A DNA stretch of 31,197 bases from Vermamoeba vermiformis (GCA_045837725.1 JBEWZL010000008.1:186001-217197), one strand, 5' to 3'. Positions 12,809-23,822 are shown, counted from the first letter of the stretch. The notes: generated by a model from the sequence alone, not told the origin. Program-made: numbers and translations.

Positions 12809-12948
12809 TTAAATTGGTATTTGATTGATAAGAAATAATTTTGATAAAATTAATCAAGTTCGAACCAAATTTGGAAATTAAGTAATGCTCTGTATTTCTT
12901 ATTGTAAATCACCACGAATCATTACCAATAAACATACTGAATTATATT
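12809..12948. promoter_or_regulatory. Putative bidirectional promoter of the two transposon genes
   Basis: 140-bp AT-rich gap between divergent ATGs at 12808 (-) and 12949 (+); inferred from position only. Confidence 0.55.
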
Positions 12949-14892
12949 ATGTATCAAGACTTGGGTTTAACATGCCTAGAATCGGTACTGACTAAATGGG
13001 ATCATCCAGAACCACTGTCTCTTATCCTACTGGGCATCCAACGCTGGACCAGCAAAGACTCTTCCAATAGGCTGTACAGGTACTATTTATTATAAATTAG
13101 GCATAGTTATAATTTTGGAGCATAGTACAGCTCAGTACAAAAATTAAATCCAAATCGAAAATTCTCGATTGGGATCGCATGAGCTCGGAATCAATTTTCA
13201 ATAGCAAATTCGTATTCAGCATATTAAATAACCATATTCTACATATAAGATACTCCAAAATCTGTTTGCATTAAGCTAAGTTAGAGTGCAATGACTCAAA
13301 TTTTTCGCGGGTCTTGCGGCACGCGTTTCTAGCTTACATCAACAGCTAATTGAATTCTGTTTTCATATTCTGAATGCGCACAGTCTAATTGACTATAAAC
13401 AAAAAAAATCGCATCAAAATCACTCAATTACTAACAGAGATAAATTATCAGAATCTTGGTCACCGATGGTGAGATCCAGACCAATTTTGTGCACAACTCG
13501 ACCCTGGCACCATGGATTAGCTCACATATGTCATCAGGACACCTATTAAAGATCCCTGAATCCCACTGGAAGTTTGTTACGGTTGATAAGTACGTTGCCG
13601 ATTTATATTAACTTCACGCACTAACGTCCGTCAGTGTAAAAACTGTCTGCCTTTTGGCCACTGATGGTATTCAGTGTGACGACAAAAGTCCTCACGTAAG
13701 ACCTTTATATCACATTGGGCTCGATCCAAACAATGCGAAACTACCCCCAGTTCCTACGGATCGTGCCGCCAACAAAAGCGATCTTGTTGAAAACAATGAA
13801 GTCGAGCAGCAACAGCATGATATTGAACAACAAATTGAAGGTGGAGGCTCCGATATAGAGCAATCTAATGACGAGTCTATGGAGAGCAACTTTGTAAGTT
13901 TATCGATCGCTTACGCGCAACTTTTTTTAACAACACACGGTTAGTTTGGCGGCAACCTTTCATTACAGAAAGACAAGCTCTTTACATTCTACTATGATGA
14001 AAATCCAATCAAATACTCCCGTGGCTATCGTGGTTACTTAGGATTAGTCGTTCACAAAACAAACCTAAAACTTCGTGTTGGTTACGACTACCTGCTTATC
14101 ACAGAAGAGCGTGTCAGTTTAATTGCCATCTTAAAGTCAAACAATGGCAGACCTGCTTTACTGGTGATTGACAGTGATGACCAAGTACAAAGGATTGCTC
14201 CATCAGCTATTCAGCAAGAGATCGATGAATCTGCTGCTCGAAAGAAGAAACTTGGCGTCGATGATAACATTAACCAATTCCTGGAGCGAAAGACTGTCGA
14301 GAAGCGTGCCGATGCTCCTGCCAAACAGAACTCCAAGAAACAGCACAACATGCCCCGCCCAAAGCCAACTCTTCGTTCAAGCATCGAGCTCGATCCAAAG
14401 CCTGAACCTCAAGTTAAGCAGTCAGAATTTACTCATCCAGTGGTGTCTGAAGTTGAAGTGCTAAAGAATCAAGTGAAAGAATTGAAAGACACAATTCAGA
14501 CTTTGCAAAAAACAATATCGACTCAGTCGACTCCCATTCATGGATCGATGGCACCAAGTCCAATGTGGGTAATGCCGTACCCTAGCAGTTTTCAAACTTC
14601 TCCAAAGGAATCCAAACATAAACGAACCAAGCGCCACAAACATTTGGCCACATCTGGGTCTCGTTCGAAAGAAAGAGAGTCGCGCAACTATTCTAGCGAC
14701 AGTAATGACGATCCTTCACTTTCATCATCCTCATCAAGATCAGATTCAAGATCTCCAAAAAGACGACACAGAGATCGGCACTCAAAACGGCGTCGGTCAC
14801 GATCTCCAGATAGACGACAACGCAAGCATAGATCACCTACGAGGCATCAATATCATGGTGATTATCAATATAAAAAACCAAGGTATTACTAA
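12949..14892 (+). CDS. Transposon cargo gene (ORF2), predicted 491 aa: RPA70N-like OB fold, acidic linker, small beta domain, coiled coil, RS-rich tail
   Basis: Exons 12949-13079, 13452-13589, 13635-13893 and 13945-14892 join in frame (1476 nt) with GT-AG ends; introns 1 and 2 have CTAAC branch sites. AATAAA follows the stop. Domain calls are by eye. Confidence 0.8.
13135..13436. repeat. Right arm of the 302-bp perfect internal inverted repeat, inside ORF2 intron 1
   Basis: Reverse complement of 12280-12581. Confidence 0.97.
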
Positions 14893-14919
14893 AACAATAA
14901 AGTTTAGGATTGGCTCAAT

Positions 14920-14947
14920 TTTTTATGAGTTATTTGGCAGTTTACAG
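14920..14947 (-). repeat. Right terminal inverted repeat
   Basis: TTTTTATGAGTTATTTGGCAGTTTACAG, followed by TA. Confidence 0.96.
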
Positions 14948-15203
14948 TAGCCGCCACTGTCATTTTTTCAGCTCCATCTGGGCGGCATCCGTACAGCAAG
15001 TAGTCGCCAGGACAAACAGCGTACATATTTGTAATATTTTGGGAAGTGTCTAGGTAGCTCGTCGTCCAACATCGTCGCCAACCGACGAGATCAGCGAAAG
15101 CGACATCTACTTGAGGACCGAATGGGTAGTACGTTGGCTGTGATGTCAATCCAGCAACATAACTTGCGGCGATAAATAATATTGTGACTTGTAGTGCTCT
15201 CAT
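14948..15203 (-). pseudogene. 5' part of the interrupted cell-surface protein gene
   Basis: Signal peptide MRALQVTILFIAASYVAG then PTYYPFGPQVDV...GWRRCW...CPGDYLLYGCR...MTVAA. The frame runs into the TIR and stops at 14904. Confidence 0.85.
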
Positions 15204-15591
15204 TGTTGAAGTTAGTGTTACTGGCTTGCTGGTAAATGAAAATTTATATGTTTCCATCGTGGAACAATCTACCGAATTACAACATTTGCCGCACGGATTA
15301 AATTCGATTTCATAAAATTTCTATAATTGCGGGACCGTTATTTTACAATATCGGTGAATAATTTACCAAATCGCAAGAACGATACCCGACATCACGATGA
15401 CTATTTGGTTTATACATTTCCTTATTTAGTAAGAATATTTGGGAATTATCCTAGTAAATGGAATGACAAGGTTTATTGCCATAACGATCGATGTCTACTT
15501 CAGATCGATGGTTGGAACGTGATCGAGTGGATCTGAATCTGCGATCTGAGGCACGAAAGGGTTTAATGGTGTCAAACGTATGACGCGTATA

Positions 15592-16803
15592 TTATTTTGA
15601 TATTGATTTGAAGGCTAACAACAGCACGCCAAGCGAGACAAGTTGATTCGAGAACGCACTCTGTTTGACTTGACAATTGTTCCACAGATCTTCCATTGTA
15701 TTTTTTTGTGCCGTTGATAACGCTGTCGACACAAATCCTTCAAAATTTAATACTCCACCAGCGAGAACAAGTTGTGCTGGGTTGAAGATTGACAGTACTG
15801 TCGCAATGGCCAAACCAAAAGTCTCCGCTGCGTCGCCTATAATCTGAATAATAGCCTCCTCGGTCGCTGTCAATTTGACTTTTTCTCGCATTTTGGCAAT
15901 GTCCCACTCGTTTTCGTGATTGCGTTTGGCTACCTCTTTCAACATCTGGGAAACTTCTTCAATATCAAGTCCAGTCTTTTCTTTCAGTTTTCTAACTATG
16001 CCCCGGCCTCCTAATGCTTCATCAAAAGTCGAAATTTCGCCATTTTTTAATCGAACTGGAGCACAGCCTAGACAACCTGCCCACCCGATGGATCCGCGCA
16101 TCACTATCGGAACTCAGTCAAAATCTATTATTGTATTATACTTATAAAATAAGCCACATATGATAATTAATGACGAAGTTAAAGTCAATTCTGAGAAGGT
16201 GAATGTTGTTTTTTTCAACTGTGAAACTTTGTACGTACGTTGACCGTTGACGATGCAGCCAAGTCCCAATCCAGTTCCAGCGACTAGGACAGCTAAATTA
16301 TCAATCTTATTGCCGGCTTGAGTTTCCATGTATTCTGCGGCTATCGTTCCTGCACGTACATCATTCTCTATAACGACCAAAACATCTGATCCGAACAGAT
16401 CTTTCATCGCTTCTTTCGGTTTCACACCTAATAAAATTTATTTAATCTCGTAGGTCATTATTAACTGAAGATTATCATAGAGATTATAGGTTGCGGATGT
16501 ACCTGTTAACGCAGAAATTTCGCACACCGTGATTGCTTCAGTCTGAGAGTCTACAAATCCGCATACAGACACACCTACTGCGCTTATCTTTCGCGAGGGA
16601 GGGTGAACAGACTGCAGAAATTTCGTTATTTGTTGTTTCAATTTGTCAACAGAAAATTCTTGACCAGTTGGACTTCGATCGAATTGAACGCTGTTGAAAT
16701 TAAGTGCGTTATTTTCTCCTCTAGGCCTTGATATGTAGCTTAGCATCAGTTTTGTGCCTCCAATGTCGACACCAAGAAATTCGTCGCATCCGGTTTTATC
16801 CAT
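15592..16803 (-). CDS. ROK-family sugar kinase-like protein, 3 exons
   Basis: Motifs GVDIGGTK, VVIENDVRAG, GTGLGLGCIVNG and NPAQLVLAGGV, with two GT-AG introns. Confidence 0.88.
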
Positions 16804-17192
16804 TCTGAAGTTAATCGCAATTAATTACGATATTATTTTTAAATTGACAGTAAAATTATCTAAGTTTAAACAACGAGCCAATGCAATTACTTGATTTCCT
16901 GAGGATTTTACATTTTTTCGTTTCGCTGAGTCAGCTCCTGGTGCAACTCACATTAGTTTTATGACCCAATTTGATAAGGAAATTATGCTACATGTGGTCT
17001 TCTATTGATATATGGAGCAGCAGACAATAAAACTAAAAAAAATTTTGTCGTGTTGCGCTGGGACTGCGAAAAAGAACCAACCACTGTCGGCTAACAAGTA
17101 CCAGCCCACACGTGTTATTATTAATGCAGTTGTTTGTATGATCGTAATAGAATTTTATTTAACATTATCGTGACGACGCGTTTCCCGTATGG

Positions 17193-20100
17193 TTAATTAG
17201 CAAGGTCATCTAAAGACAGATCCAGTCAGAAGGAGAAACATTATACAACGTATTTATATAACAATGTTACCTGAATAGAATCGCCAATACGTAAATTCGT
17301 GCGACAACCAGCCTTGTCCAGTACCAGCAGAGAGACCAACGTAATAACGTACCGGATCGAAGTTCATGTACGTCGAAACAACGAGATTACCATTAACAAA
17401 GACCTAATAATAGACATATTAATTAGTATAAAAAGCTTTTTGTAGGAATGCTGGTCTTACATTCAGTTGGGTATCATAAATAAAACGGAACTCGTAGACA
17501 CCATTACAAGCGACTTTAGGCAACGGGTTAGGAAAGTTTTGACCGAACCAACGCAAGTAGTCGGTAGTAGGTGTGGTCCTATAATAATAAAACAATAAGT
17601 AAATGTGTTGGTGTACGTTATGACATGTTTGGATCCGCACCAATTGGCCACCCAGAACTCATTTTCCGTAATACTATAAGCGAACAAAGTAACATCGGGC
17701 ACATTTTGAATGCCAAGCTGACCGCCAGTAGATGACAGCACATCATTTTCATTCGGTTGATGCTTCGAGAAGAACAATGTGAAGCTGATGACACGTGTCA
17801 GTTTGGCACGTCAAACAAAGAACGAAAAAAATATTTACCCGTCAGCGCCATTGTAGACCGGATCGCAGTTGACTGGCACGAAGAAAAACGACGAGTTGAA
17901 GCCCACGTCAGGACGAACCGAGTGCGGGTAGAAGGCAACACCAGCTTGGTTTGCGTCGTTAGTCAGACTAAGTTTGCCGTCCAGCAAGTGCGCGGCGCCG
18001 AGCGTGACGACGTCAGTGTCATTGCCAAAATCAAAGTCAAATTGGTCGAGCGACACAGAGTTGTAACTGTAGACCCAACTGTTGATTGATTGGCCACCAT
18101 TCGAGTAGCCATCGGCGCCCGAGAAACCGACGTAGTATCTTCTAGGCTCCAATTCCACTCTCACAGTTTTCATTAAATTGTCGTCCGAGAAGATCTAAGT
18201 AATAAAAAGGACTTAGAAAAGAGAGGTCAGATTTGACAAGATGCGGATGTGGTACCTGTAAGAACTTTCCGTCGTAAACAAAATTGAATATATAACTGTT
18301 GCCGCAAGAGAAAGGGGCAGTGCCGAACCAAGGAACGGACAGGCACTGAGGATTGTCTCTGAATGTCACATTGGCCGGTGTGTCCCTATTGACACGTGTC
18401 ATAAGTACTTATTGTACCTCCAAAAAAGGTAACGGCTACGTACCAGCTGCACACGTAGAAATAATTCAAGTTGAAAGTGATCACTAGTCCGATGTCAGGA
18501 ACGTTGCCAATGCCTAGCCCCGTACGAGCGGACGATACAACACCATCGACAGAAGGCACATTCTTCGACAAAAAGAACGTGAAACTAAAGGGATAATTAA
18601 TATTAAGTAGATAGGCGTAATAGTGCTACTTACCCTCTAGGTCGTTGGAAAGCCGATTTTGTTTCACAAACGGTGTGATTGAACTTGCTCTGGAATCCCA
18701 AATGAGCGAGCACTCTGTTCGGATGCACGGCAGCACCGACCGTGAAATTGGTTTCAGTCGTGAGTCTCAATCGAGAGTCGACAGTGGCATCGGCATAGAG
18801 CAACAAATTGCTTTGGTCGAAGCTAGAGTACGACACACGCTCGACATTTTCAGGTTGCCCGGCCTGGAACGAGATCGATTTGATGAAGTTGGCAAAACCA
18901 CCGTTGCCAATGGCCGACAAGCCAAAGTAGTACGAGTCCCAGTCCATCGTAAAATTCTTTCGCAGAAGAGTTCTGCCGTCCGTGAATACCTAAGTAAAAA
19001 TACGATCAGAACTAGTTAAATTAAATTTGACACGTGTCAAAGTAAAAACAAACCTCTAACATAATTCCGTCGTATTTAATAACGATCTCGTTAATATCGT
19101 TGTTAGCGAAACGGTAAGATCTCGGATCCGCATCACAGTTGGTCGAAAAATTGGAGAAACTAGTTTCCCTGATAATTACAAGACATTAGCCTCGTTTAAT
19201 ACTCATCAAATTAATCCTTACCAATGACATAATTGGACTGAAGTTGATTCTGCGTAGTATTTTGACGAGGATAGTATGATTCTCATCGGTAATATTACAG
19301 CGTAAGTGCTGGGCAAGGTTGAAATGCCGTAACTTTCCCACGAGGCACGTACTTGTTGTTCGCTCGGGAATGACTTTGATAGGAAGAACGCGAGGCTAAA
19401 AGAGACGTCAGATCCGCCTTTGTGAAAAAAATTTTTCTTACCCACTGTGAGTAGTTTTCTCGGCAAATAGAGCTCTGGAGTAATTGAATTTGATTTCGAA
19501 TCCGGTGTAGGCTTTGTATAGAACGGGGCGGGCCCAGACACCAGTAGAATTGACCATTGTGCTCGTTAACACAACTCCATTCGTACTGCTAAGACCGGTA
19601 TTACCAAAAGACTGGAAATTCTGGTTATTAATAATCGATGTGATGGCGGGGAAATCAATTCCATTGTAATTGAGCAAATTGAACGACCAATCAGTGACGC
19701 TTTGACGGAAGTAATTGTTGCCGTTGGCGGCGCTAAGTCCCACGTAATACAACGCCGGCTCTAATGTCTCAGTTATATCGTAGAAAATCAAGTCTCGATC
19801 AAAGTACAGCTATTAAAAAACATTAGAATGCAATCTTATTAAAGAAACGTTGACGTACCTTGATTTCAGATCCGTCAAAGATAATTTCAACCACGTAGCT
19901 GCTGTCGCACTTGATTGGTTTATTCCGACTTTTCGTCATGTTGCAGTCTTGCCAATCAACAGTTGTAAGATTCCTTTTTGAAAAAAGATTAATTCACTTT
20001 TGCAGATCGCATCTGAGTACCATGACCGACTTACCAATTGCACTTGCGGAACTCGTTGTAGAAGGGACTGAAACCGACTGCAAGCGTGTTCATATGATTA

Positions 20101-21642
20101 ACAATACCGAGACCATTGCCAAATGAGGACAAGACACCAATGCTCGGGAGAGATCTTGACACGAAGAACGTGAAACCGTCGCCCAATCCATCACTATTCA
20201 TGAACGTAAGTAAAATGTGACGTTCGTAGTAGTAATATGATACTCTTATAGTCACTTACGAGTTGCATTCTGAAGCAGACCACGTGAATCGAGTGCGGAA
20301 ACCGCGATAAGCAGCAGTACCAGATTGATGCAGGACAGCACCAGTAGTGTACTGTTGTGACGGCACGAGCTGGAGTGCATCGTCAGAGAGCTGTGCTGAG
20401 CCAATGAACCGCAGTTGTTGTGCAACATCTTCGGCGTCACTCACACGCGCGTCGTATCTGAAGGCTTCGACGAAAGGTTTGTCAAGTGTTGTCAAGTTCC
20501 AGTTAGTGATCTCTTGTCTCAAACGACCATCGAAAAGAATTCCAATGTTGGCTGAGAAGCCCACGGTGTAAGGCACTGCATTTAACTTCATTGCTTTTGA
20601 TGCTCGCAGCTGACCGTTCACGAAGATCTGTTTCAAAACAATTTAGTTGGGTACTTATGTGATTTACCTTTAACTTGACTTACGCTAATATTTTTAGTAT
20701 CATAGACGACATTAAAGTCATAGCTAGTGTTACGTTGTGTGCTGTTGTAGGATGCGCAAGTGTATGTCGGGTCTGGATTTGCGATACCAGGGCACAAAGT
20801 ACGCACCAGCGTGTCATTCGGGGGATTACTATCATCAAGAAGTTAGTTCCGACAGGTATTAATAAGATTCAGTTGCTACTTACGTCCAATCACAAATGAC
20901 AAACTGATCGACCAACTGCGTGTAGCCAACCATAATCACATTGGGAAGCGTGTTCAAGCCAAACTCGTCCAATATACCAATATTAGGCATCGCAGAGATG
21001 TTGCTTGTTGTTAGGAAAAACGAAAATCTAGACAAAATATTGATTTGATTAGCTTTGCAAAAAGATCCGGATCTGTAATCCATTTTGGCAAGACATAGTG
21101 ACATTAAGGATATTAATAGGAATGCCAGAATACCACTTGACGATAGGCACGTAGGTATCGGGTTGTTTGACTAGTCAAAGGAATTAGTTTCGGGATGCGT
21201 AAAATGTTTTTCTACTAACCTGCAACGGCTGTCCAGTCAGACTCGTTGCTAAAGTCGCAATTAGTGCTGTTAGAATATTTAATATGGTGCCAGCCAGCGG
21301 GAGGCGCGAGCGTTGGAGGTTCCACAACCAAAGTGCATTCCAAAAATGAATAGTAGCGGTTAGGAAGGATGAAATCTTGATAACAAGCAAATCCAGATTG
21401 AAATAATGATCTTTTTTCAGCGGAGCAGGTTCCAAAGCCCTTCGAATCGTTAGTTATTACTTGATTTATTTTTTTTTTAAAATCCGGATCTTTTTTCTTA
21501 CCTGAACCCACCCAATCATCGACGAATTCGAGCAGTCCGAGCTGGTGTGCGTTCCAAAAGTAAATGCAGCGTCAGAAACGCTCGCAAAGCTTGCAAAGCA
21601 CATAAGACCGACAGCAACGGTAACGTAAAATTTGCTAATCAT
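17193..21642 (-). CDS. Secreted protein with about five tandem L-type (legume/ConA-like) lectin domains, many exons
   Basis: Signal peptide MISKFYVTVAVGLMCFASFASVSDA. Five Y-x-(V/F)-G-(F/L)-S-(A/G) motifs near 20560, 19740, 18925, 18130 and 17340, plus repeated G-x-A-x-L...L-x-LT...G and (DG)FTFF strands. Exon boundaries are partly approximate. Confidence 0.72.
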
Positions 21643-21895
21643 CTCTTGCACAAATAATACTGTCAGCTTCGAGTATTTTACAAGAGTTGTGGTATTGGCA
21701 ATAATTGATAGCTACTAAAAGCGACAGAGATAAATCGAAAATTTTGTTCTCGTCTGATTTTGCCTTTTTAATTCTGTAGCTAACTAACTAAGCCTTTTTG
21801 GTAATAAGTAACATGTTACTCGAGTTAATGACATATCTTACACGACCAACCACAAGCTACATTTGTCTACACAGGGCAGCGGATTTGAATTTCAT

Positions 21896-22214
21896 TTATT
21901 TGAATAACTCTAATCGCCTTCGTTGACTCTTTTATTCCTAAAAATTACTAAACAAAGCATGACGTAACCGTGGATTGCGCCTGAAAAAAGGTTAGAATCA
22001 AATCCGTAATAATAAACGAAAAAATAATAATATTTTCTTTTGATTACTTGCCTGGAATAATGCCAAGTATCCATAATACAATATTAATCGCCAATGTTTT
22101 GCTACAACCGAAGAACAGTCCCACGGTAACCGGGCTCAGAAATAGAGTGAAGATGAGGTAAAAAGCATTCCATCCACAATCGCTGCACTTTCTTTCTTGA
22201 GCTGTTTTCGTCAT
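21896..22214 (-). CDS. Pmp3/YqaE (UPF0057)-like proteolipid, copy A
   Basis: ...FLSPVTVGLFFGCSKTLAINIVLWILGIIPG|AIHGYVML..., with a GC-AG intron at 22051-21981. Confidence 0.8.
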
Positions 22215-22733
22215 TATTGAGCTATGTTAATCAACGGCAAGTTAAAATCATCGCTTTTTAGGAGCTGTCACCGGCAGACACGCACGGGACTAACAAGGGA
22301 CTACAAACGCAATCTCGTATTAAATTGCATGTTAGACGTCGTAATTTGTTTCTGTAAGTTATAATTTAAGAAATAATTGTGATGGCCCTTTGTGGTGTGT
22401 TGGCAAAGCGATGCTGAATAATTAGCATTTTCTTTGTAATTGCCAACCAAAGACAACCGCGCAATATACTTTGTACAAGCGAGTGTTTCGAGCATATGAT
22501 ATCAATTCGTGCTTTATTAATTTCGAAGCGTTGTTTGGTGGATTAACTACTGTTGGGTAAGTTTATTTCAAAAGAACGAGTTTAATAATTACAAGATACT
22601 CAGGAAAATTCCCTATTAAAATTTATATAATAACTACATTTTAGTTACAAAGTATTCGTGGTTTGCAAATTGTGGATTGCCGCCTAAAATTATTTTATTA
22701 TTTTAATATTAGGCATTGATGAATAATTACCAA

Positions 22734-22997
22734 TTAATAATCGTCCTCCATCTTCTTAAAATGTAAGCAAATCACCACATAGCCATGAATTGCGCCTAAA
22801 ATTATAATTATTTTTCGATCATCCGATCAAAACAAAGGAAATTACGCTAGCTTACCCGGAATTACGCCTAATAGCCACAGTACAATATTAATCGCTAACG
22901 TGTTGCTGCAACGGAACATGACGCCAACTGTCACAGGGCTCAGAAACAAGGTAAACACCATAAGAAATGTTATATATAAGCAATCTACGTTAGCCAT
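22734..22997 (-). CDS. Pmp3/YqaE-like proteolipid, copy B
   Basis: MANVDCLY...FLSPVTVGVMFRCSNTLAINIVLWLLGVIPG|AIHGYVVICLHFKKMEDDY, same intron position as copy A. Confidence 0.82.
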
Positions 22998-23274
22998 ATT
23001 ATATTCGTATTGGTACTCGATAACGTTGGGTCTGCAATAACAATAAGATTCAATTTTGATGTCGTACGGATCGCGTTACACGCCTGTCAGAAAAAATCGA
23101 GATTGCCGTTAGCGTTAGTCCCCTTTCGTAATTTCCCACTAGCTATGGTACCTAATAATCGTTATTATTATTTATTTTTAAAATACAATATTTGTTTTTA
23201 TCGTGTCTTCCGATCTCAGATCGATGTTTGAATCAATCGCGTTTCGGTTTATATTTACATTAATATTAATACAT

Positions 23275-23539
23275 TTAATCATTGTCCTTCTTAAACAGTA
23301 GAATAAGCATCACAGCACCGTGGATCGCGCCTGAACATAAAATTTGAATTAAATTCTCTATGGCGAGCTGGAGATGTATTTAAGCAGTTATAATTACCTG
23401 GTATTACACCTAATACCCACAGGACGATATTAATGGCCAACGTCTTACTGCAACCGTAATGGATGCCGATGGGTAACGGGCTCAGGATTAAACAGGAGAA
23501 CCCAAGGAAGATCATATACGCCAAGTGAGTGCAATTCAT
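23275..23539 (-). CDS. Pmp3/YqaE-like proteolipid, copy C
   Basis: MNCTH...ILSPLPIGIHYGCSKTLAINIVLWVLGVIPG|AIHGAVMLILLFKKDND, same intron position. Confidence 0.82.
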
Positions 23540-23822
23540 TTTGTAGTGTTTAATTGCTGATCGAATTTATTAGACTGACAAATCTAGAATTCAATTCTAA
23601 AACTAGCATCGGACGGGACGGTCTCGTGTCACCCGGAAAATTAATTATTTCCGGTCCTCAGACCCAATTCGAGTCAGGTACGCTTGCTAAACAATATAAT
23701 CACGTACTCTAACGCAGTTCTATTTAGCGGTCACAATCACATTTGTATTGCCGTTGGATCAAATTTATGGTTAGTATTCCAACGTTGGAAGTTAGTTTAT
23801 TAGGCGTACAGTTGAACTAATA

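Larger units (their letters stand above)
10697..14947. mobile_element. pogo/Tigger-like (Tc1-mariner superfamily) DNA transposon, 4,251 bp, two genes
   Basis: Perfect 28-bp TIRs, TA at 10695-10696 and 14948-14949, an intact DDE_1 transposase, and an empty site that restores the host reading frame. Confidence 0.96.

Noticed and set aside
13286-13381. Intronic C/D box snoRNA in the repeat arm (GTGCA-ATGAC...CTGA-ATGCGCAC)
   Set aside because: The C box matches RTGATGA poorly and I see no guide complementarity. An Infernal or snoscan run would settle it.
12280-13436. Inverted repeat as the TIRs of a nested MITE or foldback element
   Set aside because: No target-site duplication flanks it, and the enclosed DNA supplies in-frame first exons and donors for both genes, so it looks integral to the element.
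10690-14950. Transposon spliced out as an intron (GTAAAC at TIR position 3, TTTACAG at the far end)
   Set aside because: That splice leaves 4 extra nt, and the upstream GCAG acceptor leaves 11; both frameshift the host gene.
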